From positions 1 through 52,542 of the IMG/VR virus record IMGVR_UViG_3300013118_000236: DNA of 52,542 bases; one strand, given 5' to 3'. The stretch's first letter is position 1; each line of letters begins with the position of its first letter. Shown here in pieces: positions 14,337-24,264 of this stretch. The stretch comes from a virus (taxonomy: Duplodnaviria > Caudoviricetes). Both the position numbers and the translations under genes were made by a program. The notes beneath the pieces are model-generated. The model was given only the letters and a program-made list of their open reading frames with translations. It was not told where the DNA came from and did no database searches.

Positions 14337-15104
14337 TCACCTATGTAGGGCGTTTGCCCAATCAATGTGATGGACCGGCACAACGATAAGTAGGTTTTCC
14401 AACACGTCAACGCCATATTGTGTTGTTCCAACGTCTAAAGCCATGATGATTCCAATTAATTTTCCTCTATCATTAAACACTCCGGAGCCCGATGAACCAG
14501 TCCATGCATATGAATTTAAAAATATAAACCCATTGTCCGCGAATCCAGAAACTGTTCCAGTGAAAGATAACGGCCCAATATTGTTAGGATATCCGGTGTA
14601 GTATATTTTATCAAGCAATTTAGGATATTTGGCCGGCCGAAATTCGATAGAATTGAGCACAGTTAAAGGTTTTCTGTTCGGCAGCTCTTCAATTTCAATG
14701 ATAGCATAATCAACTTGTGTGTTGATCAGTGTGTATTCAACGCACTTCGCGGAATCAGTGAAATATGTAACAATTAAATCTTTACACAAGCCGGCGACTG
14801 CATGTGACACTGTTAAAACATAATATTTTCCGAGATAAACAAAGTACGTACCCGAGGCAAGAGATATACCTTCACCACTTTCATCAACTGACATGACCCT
14901 GACTGCTGAATCTACCGATTTCTTAAGTGATTTTTTTTCGCTAACTGTGTATTTTTTAGAAACGTTGCTTGAATCTGATAAGGCTCTTTTAATTTGGTAT
15001 GGGCCCGGTGTCGCTCTTTGTTTCGTGACGGAAAAGGTAACGATGAGCCCTACGAAAAAGAACAAAAACGAAGTAATAAGAACTCTAGCAATAGCTTTAA
15101 TCAT
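14337..15104 (-). CDS. Membrane-anchored trypsin-like serine protease
   Basis: N-terminal TM segment; triad motifs LTVSH, VDYAII, GSSGSGV. Confidence 0.85.
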   Translation of the reverse strand: MIKAIARVLITSFLFFFVGLIVTFSVTKQRATPGPYQIKRALSDSSNVSKKYTVSEKKSLKKSVDSAVRVMSVDESGEGISLASGTYFVYLGKYYVLTVSHAVAGLCKDLIVTYFTDSAKCVEYTLINTQVDYAIIEIEELPNRKPLTVLNSIEFRPAKYPKLLDKIYYTGYPNNIGPLSFTGTVSGFADNGFIFLNSYAWTGSSGSGVFNDRGKLIGIIMALDVGTTQYGVDVLENLLIVVPVHHIDWANALHR

Positions 15105-15130
15105 CAGTTGGCCCTATAGTATATACTCCG

Positions 15131-18100
15131 TTAAACTTGTTTTTGATAACTAAAGAAAACCGGAAGTTCTTCCAATCCTGATTTGGTGGCGTACCAAACG
15201 TCATCTTCGTTACCGGTAATTTTAATTCTACCGTTCTGACCCACAGCAACATATACCGGCACTTGGGGGCCGTGTTTGATAAAGTTTTTGTATCCACCGT
15301 CAAATGAATCGGCTGGGGCCCGAAATTCTCTAGAACAGAACCCTTTCAATTCTTTGGTGGGAACCATTACGTGGTATGCCATGTTATTGGTATTCATGGG
15401 CACATCATATGCCATTACGCCCGCGTCCATCCAGTCTTGGGCCACCTTATCAATTGACATGCGTGGTGTGTTAATTGGCTGCCTAGCGTGTTCAGGGGGG
15501 TCCATGGGAGTATGTGACGACTCTCTAATTTTTTTGATCTCCTCTGGAAAACTGTAGCCGGACGGCCCGATGTTTAGGCCGCTAATACCCCTGATATATG
15601 GTAGGAATAGCTGATCTAGATAAATCTTACGGGCCTCTTGTCCCTTGAGAGCAAATTTAATACTGAGCAAAGCCATTGTCTTGGTGGCCATCTTGCGAGT
15701 GCTTACAGTCTGAACGGTGGTTACACCCTTGCATGCACGAATCGCGTCCTTATAATCTTCAATTGAAGATTTTTCAGTTGTTTCAAGAGATAGTTCGATG
15801 TGCATCTTATAACGTCTTACTTCAATAAGCTCGTTCATTAACCTATCAATCCTTTCGATCTGCTCTTCCACGCTCTCCGACAAGTCACGTGGCTCTCCCA
15901 GTGTGCCGGTTTGCGTTTCTCCGCGTTGAACGCCACCATAGTTGCGTACAGTGCCGCTGAAGGCTCTCATTCGTTTCATCTGCTCTTGAACCTTCTCATT
16001 CCAGCGAATTGGTTTGCCGGCATCATCGCCTTCGGGTTCAATCTCACCTTCACGAGCCATATTGAATTGATTGTTTCTTATCGGTGAGAGGTAATCATAC
16101 CAAGCTACGTGCTTTTCTGGTTCGTTCATCTGCTCAAAGTTTTGATTGATCCACCTAGCCATCGCTACTTTGCGCTCTGCCCATTCATCAGAGCCGGAAC
16201 GCACATTGGGTCCGAGCATAGAATCAATCTGTCTGATGGTTGCGTAAACAATCCTTCCCGACATCACATCTGCTTTCGTTGCTTCTGCCAGCGCTACCGA
16301 GCCTTCAAGTGCTATATCAATAGTCTCTTTGGCGGCATCCATAACCAACTGAGGGTTCTCGTTAAAGTATCTTACGATGTCCTTGACTGTCTGTACCTCT
16401 TCTGGTGATGCACTGGAGTCTACACCGATGGTATAGCGCCAGCCAATGGGCATCTCGGGGTATGCGCCTGCGCCTTGTCCACTGGTGTTGTATGCGGCGG
16501 CGCCTTGAATAACAAAGCGAGAGTCTTTCGCTAAGACAATCGGTACATGCTTGGCGGCGTACTTGTCACCGAAGGGAAATTGCTCTTGTCCTGCGGCATT
16601 GGTTTCCTTGTTTTTCTTATACAATCTCTCCAGTGTTCTCGCCATATTGCGATCTAGATCAGGGTTGCCGTAGCGGGCTGCGGAGCGGGGCTGTATCGCC
16701 ATTCCGGTAGATCGACCAAAGGCGCGAGAGTATAAGTGATCTATGTGTCCGGGTCGTCGGTGTTGCCCCCACATCTTCAATATCATCGGCATATCGCCGT
16801 ACTCAACAAGCGTGTCGGCGCTGCTTTCTGGGCGGAACCAAAACTCTAATCCTGACTTGTCGGTGTAGATGTTCCAGTGATCTAATTCATACTCACTCAT
16901 CTCACCGCGATCACGATCATAAGCTGTCTTGACAGAGTAGCCTTCTTGTGCAAGTTTGGCCCTTAGCTCTTCTTTGATCTCGTCGTACTCGTCTTCAAAT
17001 CCCGATTGTACTCCTGAGGCAAAGTTCTCTGCTATGCGGCTAGCATCATCTTCGTCTTCCACGCTCTCGTATTCGTAACAACGGAAGCTAACTATAAGGT
17101 GTGCGGTTGCCGGATAGTCTGGATCTATCTCTTCATCATCTGGCTGAGCGCCTGTGAGCATTTTAACTTCCCACTCAACCTCGGTTTCTCCGGGGAGATC
17201 ATAGCCAATCTCATCTAAGCCTATTTCACTCGTAAAGTCTCTTGCGCTGCTTCCCCAAGTGTTCTCGGGTATCGTTTCGTATCTGTCGTCCTGCGTGGTA
17301 TCGTTTGCCATTATGGTAGGAGTGTACTCATTGTTTCTAAGCTCAAATCCCTTCCACCCCAAGTTAATCTCCAAGCTACCATCACCGTTCATTTGCACAG
17401 TATAGTAATCACCACCGTGATCTTCTGGACCCCGTACTTCTCCAAAGATACTTGAGTTCTCGCCGTCGTAGTCGTTGACAACCTCGTCTATCGCTTCTTG
17501 CATTGCGCCTTCGTCAACTGCGCCTGTGAAGTTCACATCGCGGTTGCGTGGTTGCAGATACTCTATCATCTCTCGGAAGCCTTCTTCATCGTTAGAGTGT
17601 TCGCCTGTTTCTTGAACGCTGCTGATATCCATATTTCTGATGAACCACTCGATGTGATCCCACATTTCCATCGGAGGTGCGTCATTAGAGCGTCCTTTGA
17701 TCTGGTAAAGCGTATCGCTATCCCAAGTCATCGTGACATAGGACGAGGATGCCTTGCGCTTGCTTTGGCGCTTGCGGAGCGAGACTAGCACACCGCGAGA
17801 GTCAGAGCCGCAGTGTCCCATTCGCTCGCCTTCTACCGAGCAGTTAGACACCTGCAAGTTATACCAGTACGAGCCATCTTCAAATTTATGCAGGATCTGT
17901 TCTGGATCTTCTTGGTTCTCCAAGTCCTGCATGGCGGTATTGTATGCGTTGTCAATGTCATCGCCCTTGATCATTTCGTAGTTCGTTGGTTCGTCGTTGA
18001 GCCAAGAGAACAACTCGTTATATCTGCCCCAGTATGTTCTCCACTGAGCCAGCATGTTACGCTGCAACTCATCTTTGACCACCTCAACCTTCTCGGAAGG

Positions 18101-18583
18101 CAAGCCTGCTTTACTTAGCGCCTTGACTGCTTTCATAAATGTCTTGCGCCAAGTGCCGGCGGGCTTTGCCCACGCTTGCTTTATATTGTCTGCGACGAAT
18201 GCGATCTTCTTGTTTTGCTCGATGGTTTCGTCGTCATATTGCACGCGAGTTGTTGGTTCGCGAACCATTCCATCAATAGTATAGGGGGTGATTGTACGTG
18301 CTTGCACTGGGTTATGTGTAGCGCGCGGAAGCTGTATTTGATCTCTAAAATTACGCTCCATGAAACTCAGCCAGTTCTGTTGAGTGCTGTCAATGTAGCC
18401 GGGATTGCCCAGCCTGTGTTCTTTCCAGTTATTGCCTGCGTACATCTTTGACTTCTCGGGAGCATTCGGCATGCCTTCCTCAATAAAGTCAATGATGACC
18501 TCGGGCAAGCCGATGTCTCGTAGCCCCTCCGTTAAAACTTCTTCGCGTAAATATTTAAACCAGCTTCCTGTTGAAATGTCCAT
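15131..18583 (-). CDS. Large multidomain protein (PcfJ-like segment, degenerate ParB-like C-terminus), possibly virion-internal
   Basis: 1150 aa; EGERMGHCG...SLR...QIKGRSN motif; C-terminal PVYVAVG..G.IKITGN...GLEELPV. Confidence 0.65.
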   Translation of the reverse strand: MDISTGSWFKYLREEVLTEGLRDIGLPEVIIDFIEEGMPNAPEKSKMYAGNNWKEHRLGNPGYIDSTQQNWLSFMERNFRDQIQLPRATHNPVQARTITPYTIDGMVREPTTRVQYDDETIEQNKKIAFVADNIKQAWAKPAGTWRKTFMKAVKALSKAGLPSEKVEVVKDELQRNMLAQWRTYWGRYNELFSWLNDEPTNYEMIKGDDIDNAYNTAMQDLENQEDPEQILHKFEDGSYWYNLQVSNCSVEGERMGHCGSDSRGVLVSLRKRQSKRKASSSYVTMTWDSDTLYQIKGRSNDAPPMEMWDHIEWFIRNMDISSVQETGEHSNDEEGFREMIEYLQPRNRDVNFTGAVDEGAMQEAIDEVVNDYDGENSSIFGEVRGPEDHGGDYYTVQMNGDGSLEINLGWKGFELRNNEYTPTIMANDTTQDDRYETIPENTWGSSARDFTSEIGLDEIGYDLPGETEVEWEVKMLTGAQPDDEEIDPDYPATAHLIVSFRCYEYESVEDEDDASRIAENFASGVQSGFEDEYDEIKEELRAKLAQEGYSVKTAYDRDRGEMSEYELDHWNIYTDKSGLEFWFRPESSADTLVEYGDMPMILKMWGQHRRPGHIDHLYSRAFGRSTGMAIQPRSAARYGNPDLDRNMARTLERLYKKNKETNAAGQEQFPFGDKYAAKHVPIVLAKDSRFVIQGAAAYNTSGQGAGAYPEMPIGWRYTIGVDSSASPEEVQTVKDIVRYFNENPQLVMDAAKETIDIALEGSVALAEATKADVMSGRIVYATIRQIDSMLGPNVRSGSDEWAERKVAMARWINQNFEQMNEPEKHVAWYDYLSPIRNNQFNMAREGEIEPEGDDAGKPIRWNEKVQEQMKRMRAFSGTVRNYGGVQRGETQTGTLGEPRDLSESVEEQIERIDRLMNELIEVRRYKMHIELSLETTEKSSIEDYKDAIRACKGVTTVQTVSTRKMATKTMALLSIKFALKGQEARKIYLDQLFLPYIRGISGLNIGPSGYSFPEEIKKIRESSHTPMDPPEHARQPINTPRMSIDKVAQDWMDAGVMAYDVPMNTNNMAYHVMVPTKELKGFCSREFRAPADSFDGGYKNFIKHGPQVPVYVAVGQNGRIKITGNEDDVWYATKSGLEELPVFFSYQKQV

Positions 18584-18625
18584 GTACCAAACTCCGTCAC
18601 TATAAATAGTTGTTTTTAGTGGTAT

Positions 18626-19384
18626 CTACGCAAAAGGGTCAGTCTTTAATAGTTTAACTGTATCTTCCCACGTTTCAACTTCATATGCAGCACCGTTCGG
18701 GTGGGCGCGGAGCAATTCGGCCAGTGTATGATCATTGCCGGGTGCGGCTATCCTATCGCCCACAAAATGTATCCGATTGTGCTCAAGCGCTTCCTTAAAA
18801 TATCGGTCGATAACCTGTGATTTGTCGTTACCCTTATTGAATATGTCCATACTAACCGCGCCGCCGATAACAAAGTCAAGAGTCTTAAACTTTTTACGTA
18901 AAACTTCAACGATCTGTTTTCTTTCCTGTTTCTCTGCATCCCATTTTTCATACTGTTCTCGCTGATCTTGGCTGGCATTCCGGCCGACGATAGAATAATT
19001 TATCATACCGACGCGTTCTTCATAATGGTGACCGGTCTTAACCGGGAAGTCGGATTTAGCAACAATAGATTCAAGACGACGAACAAGATTCTTGGGGTAG
19101 ACAAACTTATTCTTGTATACCAGTTCCCATTCGTTAAAGCCGGTATCGTTAATAAGCTCAGCCTTTTGAAGAAACGCATTACCCATGCAGGCAAAGACAC
19201 CTGACGTTTTGTTGAGAACATCGGTACCGAGCTGGTTTACAATTCTTTCAAATGTTCCGCCTGAAACAATATAAACTTCTTTTTTGTCCATCCACTTCAG
19301 AAAATCTTTCTGGAAGGAGGAATCTATTTTGTGTTTAGCTACTGTGAGTGTACCATCAACATCAAAAAGAAAAATATCGCTCAT
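18626..19384 (-). CDS. HAD-IIB phosphomannomutase-like phosphatase (eukaryotic PMM type)
   Basis: FDVDGTLT, VSGG, ERVGMINYSIVGRNA, GGAVSMDIF, FVGD...PGND. Confidence 0.85.
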   Translation of the reverse strand: MSDIFLFDVDGTLTVAKHKIDSSFQKDFLKWMDKKEVYIVSGGTFERIVNQLGTDVLNKTSGVFACMGNAFLQKAELINDTGFNEWELVYKNKFVYPKNLVRRLESIVAKSDFPVKTGHHYEERVGMINYSIVGRNASQDQREQYEKWDAEKQERKQIVEVLRKKFKTLDFVIGGAVSMDIFNKGNDKSQVIDRYFKEALEHNRIHFVGDRIAAPGNDHTLAELLRAHPNGAAYEVETWEDTVKLLKTDPFA

Positions 19385-19713
19385 CTTTTATAATCGTCCG
19401 CTAGCCTTACAACGTCATCTAAATGGGGTGTTGAAACCTCCATCAATCTAACTAGTGTCTTGCCAGCGCCGAAGCGATGAACTTGGTTAGGTTTTACGTG
19501 AAACACAGAACCTGCTTTAAACTTTTGCGGCGGGTCAGTCTTATCAGTCCAATTTAATAACGTTCCCTCTAACACGTACACAGTTTCTTCTTTAACTTCA
19601 TGATACTGAAGAGACAAACGCTGTTCTGGTTCTATGTGCAACATCTTGGCTACATAACCATCTGTTTCGGCCCAGATATGTTCAAAGCCCCAAGGTTTTT
19701 CTACAATTCTCAT
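19381..19713 (-). CDS. Cupin protein, mannose-6-phosphate isomerase type II-like
   Basis: KPWG, RLSLQYH..KEET, HRF, EVSTP..DDVVRL.DDY. Confidence 0.85.
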   Translation of the reverse strand: MRIVEKPWGFEHIWAETDGYVAKMLHIEPEQRLSLQYHEVKEETVYVLEGTLLNWTDKTDPPQKFKAGSVFHVKPNQVHRFGAGKTLVRLMEVSTPHLDDVVRLADDYKR

Positions 19714-19714
19714 A

Positions 19715-20065
19715 TTATCTCCAAAATAACTGAATTCCAATAATCAAAAACGACAAAAATACACACAACATCGTCTTAGTCGTGAACATACTTTCATTCA
19801 GTAGCCACCAAGTTAGTACCGGGAAAGTAAAGTACGATGCCCCGAAGCCCAGCATCCTAGCGGTCCATGCAGCATTTGTAGCATCTACAGCGATCTTGGT
19901 ACCATACCAAAACATAACGCTAGCAGGGATACCAAAAATAATCGCAGCATGAAAAGGCTTGCCTTGCCACCATTCCCAAATATAATGTGAATAACATTGA
20001 AACCACACGCAGGCTTGAGCGGTAGCAAATAATGCAAATGTCTTTCCTAATTCAATAATTGGCAA
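19715..20065 (-). CDS. Small multi-pass membrane protein
   Basis: About four hydrophobic segments; GGAGG RBS. Confidence 0.65.
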   Translation of the reverse strand: MPIIELGKTFALFATAQACVWFQCYSHYIWEWWQGKPFHAAIIFGIPASVMFWYGTKIAVDATNAAWTARMLGFGASYFTFPVLTWWLLNESMFTTKTMLCVFLSFLIIGIQLFWR

Positions 20066-20816
20066 TTAGGACCTCCTTGGCCATTTGTTCGTCGCGAGTG
20101 ATTCTTCCATAATTGTCAAGTAAAATTTTTGTCGGAAACTGTTTATACAACCGCATCAAGCGAGGGTGATAAATATAGTCTAGTATTACCTTTTTGTCAA
20201 GTTCTTTAACCTTTTGAGAAAGAGCAACGTGGTTGATAGAAGTTTCTTCAAAGCCGCGACTGATGGACTCCTCAAAAAAATTATAACCAAACTTGCCGAC
20301 AGGGAAATATAAGTAATCAGCATCCGTGTCGGCCTGAATGCTATCTATAAAATTCTCATTTTTATCCCACGCAACATCAAAATTTTCTCTTTTGAATCTC
20401 TGAATATAGGAGAGTGCGATAGGATTAAAATTTTTAGGATCAAACATGCCCGACTGAATCATACCCTCAGAGGAACACCTGTTCAAGATAAAGAACAAGG
20501 CTGCTCTAACTAGGTGATCTTTATAGCCTCGGAAAACTGTCTGATATACATCAAAGAGCTTCTCATCCTCAATTGGCCAAAAATGGTCAACAGCCTGTAA
20601 GATAATATCAGGGTTGTCAAACATGCTTCGCCAAAAATCATAAACAATAAAACTAGTTGTGTGAGCAACAACGTGCCTATCATCTTCGGCTAGGTCGATC
20701 TCTATCTGGCCCGAATATAATAAATAACTGTCAACCTTGGCGGCGGCCGGGATCAGCTCTTTTAATGTCGGCAATGATTTTGGCGAAAACCTCAAATCTT
20801 TAATTGGGGATTTCAT
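20052..20816 (-). CDS. Degenerate Dam/D12-class adenine methyltransferase homolog
   Basis: RAALFFILNRCSSEG target-recognition-like motif and Dam-like layout, but no FxGxG or DPPY. Confidence 0.55.
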   Translation of the reverse strand: MKSPIKDLRFSPKSLPTLKELIPAAAKVDSYLLYSGQIEIDLAEDDRHVVAHTTSFIVYDFWRSMFDNPDIILQAVDHFWPIEDEKLFDVYQTVFRGYKDHLVRAALFFILNRCSSEGMIQSGMFDPKNFNPIALSYIQRFKRENFDVAWDKNENFIDSIQADTDADYLYFPVGKFGYNFFEESISRGFEETSINHVALSQKVKELDKKVILDYIYHPRLMRLYKQFPTKILLDNYGRITRDEQMAKEVLIANY

Positions 20817-21481
20817 TTTTTGCCTATTTTAGATTGTAGTTCCCGAAGCTGTAAGCCGACATTGTTTATATCCGTGAAATCCATTTCATTCATATCGGAT
20901 AGCATAGACAAAACTTCTCTTTCATCCATATTCTCTGCACTATCTCTAAATTTCTTAATTTCCTCTACCTGCTGGTGTAGTCTTTCTGCTTTCTGTTCAC
21001 TCTCCGGAGTTGGGGGGCCATTGTTAATTTTCACAGTTTTTTTCTTGAGTCCCGGTAGAATCTCAGCAGCGTCTTCAAACGATGCAGAATCATTCGATTG
21101 CAACTTCTGCAGTTCTACCAACTTTGTTTGCAACTCTTTCGCGCTCATGTGTGACATATTAACGCTATCCACATCCGGTATTTCAATTTCTTCGGGAACT
21201 TCAAGTTCGCCAGCTAGCTGGGCGGCGCGGAGTTCATTTTGATACTGAATATATTGATCAACAATAGAACTAACATCTCCAAGCATAAGATCTATACTTG
21301 ACAATTCATCTCTTAGGGCGCCGACTTCATTAACTGTCTTGATCGACAGGATGTTACTAGTCTCGGGTACCGTTGCTGCGATAGATGTAAGTCTCGCTAG
21401 CGAATTAGAAAGCAGGCGCGCTGTTTCTGATGGCAATTGACTCTCATCAATGGTGTATTGGAGTACGATTGGTTTTTTCAT
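20813..21481 (-). CDS. Hypothetical coiled-coil protein
   Basis: 222-aa helical ORF. Confidence 0.7.
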   Translation of the reverse strand: MKKPIVLQYTIDESQLPSETARLLSNSLARLTSIAATVPETSNILSIKTVNEVGALRDELSSIDLMLGDVSSIVDQYIQYQNELRAAQLAGELEVPEEIEIPDVDSVNMSHMSAKELQTKLVELQKLQSNDSASFEDAAEILPGLKKKTVKINNGPPTPESEQKAERLHQQVEEIKKFRDSAENMDEREVLSMLSDMNEMDFTDINNVGLQLRELQSKIGKK

Positions 21482-21482
21482 T

Positions 21483-21776
21483 TTATCCTCTTAAAATTTG
21501 TTTGTTTGTGTGTAGTGTTTTTTCAATAATCTCCGGAGCGCCGATTACTACAATTTCGGTACCCGTATTTCCTTTATCAATTGTTATTTTTGAAAACCGA
21601 TGGTTGGTATCTAAACCTTTGTCTATCAGACCTTCTTCGTTTAACTGCCTAAGTCTGTGCTCCTCTCGGACCATAACAACGTGTTCGGGATTGACGAAGA
21701 CTTCTCTTAGTGCGTATTTGGCGTTGGTGGTAACTGCTCCGGTTCCGCACACCTCAGTTAGCTTAACTAGTCCCAT
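21483..21776 (-). CDS. Hypothetical protein
   Basis: Start MGLVKLTEV behind GAGG; VFVNPEHVVMVRE motif. Confidence 0.65.
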   Translation of the reverse strand: MGLVKLTEVCGTGAVTTNAKYALREVFVNPEHVVMVREEHRLRQLNEEGLIDKGLDTNHRFSKITIDKGNTGTEIVVIGAPEIIEKTLHTNKQILRG

Positions 21777-21981
21777 TGAGTTCCTCCAGTGGATATACAT
21801 CTCTTCTTTTAAGCTTCCACGCGTGGCCGTTAGCATAAACTTGATAAACATGGTGACTCATTCTGCTCAAGTAAACACCAACAGTTGGTCTTTCGGTCCT
21901 TCTCAATCTCATTCCTTTATCGGTTTCACACCACAGTTCCACGTCTTGGGGGATGTGAATCAGATCTCCTTGTTGCATCAC
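21763..21981 (-). CDS. Small SH3/KOW-like protein (outlier)
   Basis: QQGDLIHI...GVYL...YQVY...W. Confidence 0.6.
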   Translation of the reverse strand: MMQQGDLIHIPQDVELWCETDKGMRLRRTERPTVGVYLSRMSHHVYQVYANGHAWKLKRRDVYPLEELNGTS

Positions 21982-23555
21982 TTATCCTCCGTTTGAATTA
22001 TAGCGAAGCCGGTTGTTATCAACGTGCCAGCACAGCTAGCTGCATTCTGTAAAGCAGTCGTTGTAACTTTCACTGGATCAATAATACCACTGTCAACCAT
22101 ATTTGTCAAGACATTATTCCTAAAATCCCAGCCCATACCATCATCGGAATCAATAACCAAATTAGTTAATACATCTGGTGAGTCGCCGGCATTGAGCGCC
22201 ATTTGTTTAAAAGGTGCTTTACAGGCTTCTATAACTATTAGCTTTCCAATATTTTGATCTTCATGGGAAACAGTTATCTCAACATCCCTGCTTGCTCGGA
22301 GCAACGCTGTGCCGCCGCCGCCTATGATTCCTTTATCTTGTGCTGATCGTACCGCCTCTAGGGCATCCTCGATTCTATGCTTTCTCTCAATCATCTCAAC
22401 TTCAGTCGTGCCGCCGACAGAAATAATTGCCACACCAGACGATAGTCTGACGACCCTTGACTGGAGCATCTCGGCTTCCGACATGGACTCTGTATCTTTG
22501 ACTTGTTTCTTTAGAGCTTGGATTCTCTCATCAATAGCTTTAAAGTTAGATTTGCCACCCACAACAGTAGTGGTGTACTTTGTACTTTCGATTGCTCTGG
22601 CCATTCCTAAATCAGACAACTTGACGTCTGATAGTTTGGTGCCGCTCTCACGGGTGACAAAAGTGGCACCTACAGATATTGCCAGATCATCTAACAGGTA
22701 CCTGCGTTCTTCGCCATAATAGGGTGCCTTAATAGCAGCAATCTTTAAAGTTCCCCTCATAGCATTCATAATCATAGCAGCCAAGGCTTGGCCATCAATA
22801 TCTTCAGCGACAATTATCAGGGGGCGACCTTCCCTTGCTACCATTTCTAGTAATGGTAAGATGGGCTCAACTTGTGAAATCTTATAGTCTGTCACGAGTA
22901 TAAGTGGTTCCTCATAATTCATAGTTGCGCGGCGTTCATCAGTAACGAAGGCTGCGGCGCAATAGCCTGACTGAACCTTAAATCCTTCTGTAACATCAAT
23001 AGACGTGTCAAGAGAACGAGACTCTTCAATTGTTATGGAGCCATCTTCGCCCACCCTATCAATAGCAAGAGTGACAAGATTTCCAATAGCAGTATCGTTG
23101 TTGGCTGAAATTGTAGCAACGTGAGCGATATCTTCCGCGCTAGCGACTGGGGCTGCCATCTCTTCAAGATTGTTTGTAATTTCTCTAACTGTTGCATCTA
23201 TACCTCTCTTTAGTTCAATAGGAGAAACGCCGGTAGCAATATACTTTTGCGATTCATTTAAAATTGCTCGCGCAAGTACGGTTGCGGTGGTCGTTCCATC
23301 ACCAGCAGTGTTGTTGGTTTCAATTGCAGCTTGCTTAATAATCTGGGAACCTGCGTTTTCAAAAGGATCTTCCAGTGAAACAAAGTGCGCCACAGTTACC
23401 CCGTCTTTCGTGATGAAGGGTGGCCTCCCATTTTCTTGTAGAATTACGTTACGGCCTCGTGGACCAAGTGTTGACGCAACATTATCAGCTAATGTGTTAA
23501 CGCCTTTAAGAATTTTTTGTTGCAATGAAGTTTTATTATCAAATGCTCTGCTCAT
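21978..23555 (-). CDS. groEL: Chaperonin GroEL
   Basis: TLGPRGRNV, ITKDGVTVA, GDGTTTATVLA, GIIDPVKV; 525 aa; no GGM tail. Confidence 0.97.
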   Translation of the reverse strand: MSRAFDNKTSLQQKILKGVNTLADNVASTLGPRGRNVILQENGRPPFITKDGVTVAHFVSLEDPFENAGSQIIKQAAIETNNTAGDGTTTATVLARAILNESQKYIATGVSPIELKRGIDATVREITNNLEEMAAPVASAEDIAHVATISANNDTAIGNLVTLAIDRVGEDGSITIEESRSLDTSIDVTEGFKVQSGYCAAAFVTDERRATMNYEEPLILVTDYKISQVEPILPLLEMVAREGRPLIIVAEDIDGQALAAMIMNAMRGTLKIAAIKAPYYGEERRYLLDDLAISVGATFVTRESGTKLSDVKLSDLGMARAIESTKYTTTVVGGKSNFKAIDERIQALKKQVKDTESMSEAEMLQSRVVRLSSGVAIISVGGTTEVEMIERKHRIEDALEAVRSAQDKGIIGGGGTALLRASRDVEITVSHEDQNIGKLIVIEACKAPFKQMALNAGDSPDVLTNLVIDSDDGMGWDFRNNVLTNMVDSGIIDPVKVTTTALQNAASCAGTLITTGFAIIQTEDK

Positions 23556-23576
23556 TAATACCTCAAGTTATAACAT

Positions 23577-23605
23577 ATTATAGTTTGTTTATGGAAATTT
23601 GTCAA
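23577..23605 (-). promoter_or_regulatory. Consensus sigma70 promoter for groEL
   Basis: TTGACA-17 nt-TATAAT. Confidence 0.8.
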
Positions 23606-23610
23606 GTATT

Positions 23611-24252
23611 TTATATAATAATATCGGCGATCCCATGTTGGACGGCTTCTTCTGCAGATAAATAAATATTGACTTTCTCATTTAACATTTTTGTAAGTCT
23701 TTTCTTTGAAAGCTTCGTGCTTTCAACCAAAGCTGCCACGTAATCATCTTGCAATTGTTGTATTGCCTCTATCTCGTTAGTCAAGTTTGGCAGCGAGCCC
23801 ATGGTGCCACCAACTACGTTATGTAGCATTACACGACAATTCCTGCCAATTTTTCGTTTGCCTTGCGTTCCAGCAGCCAGCAGCAAGACGCCGGCGGACA
23901 TAACCTTTCCCAATCCAATGGTGTGAATCTCTGTGTTTTCTTTTATTGTAGTCATCAAGTCATATAGGGCGAACATATCGTCCGCATTGCCGCCATATGT
24001 TGACACGTAGAACTCAATAGGTCTTTTCTCTTGTTCTTTTTTGAGATTTTTATTTGTTTCATTCATATAAATCATGGACTGGCAAATCTCGGCGATTTTC
24101 TCTTGTTCAACATCTGAGAAAAGGCCCACAATTCTAAGATCGGGTTCAGGCGCGGATCCTATTGCATCAGGGTCTAATAATATTACCCTATCTTTATTTG
24201 GCGGAGATACCGCTAATGCTTCCTGTAGTTTTTTAATTATTTTATCTATCAT
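23611..24252 (-). CDS. clpP: ClpP-family (S14) protease
   Basis: STYGG, GKVMSAG (catalytic Ser), VMLH, YLSAEEAV..GIAD. Confidence 0.88.
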   Translation of the reverse strand: MIDKIIKKLQEALAVSPPNKDRVILLDPDAIGSAPEPDLRIVGLFSDVEQEKIAEICQSMIYMNETNKNLKKEQEKRPIEFYVSTYGGNADDMFALYDLMTTIKENTEIHTIGLGKVMSAGVLLLAAGTQGKRKIGRNCRVMLHNVVGGTMGSLPNLTNEIEAIQQLQDDYVAALVESTKLSKKRLTKMLNEKVNIYLSAEEAVQHGIADIII

Positions 24253-24264
24253 CTGGCTTTTCCT

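Noticed and set aside
12171-18608. T4 late promoter TATAAATA on the plus strand (12171, 18601)
   Set aside because: It would point away from the adjacent starts into antisense; better read as ACTATTTA on the minus strand.
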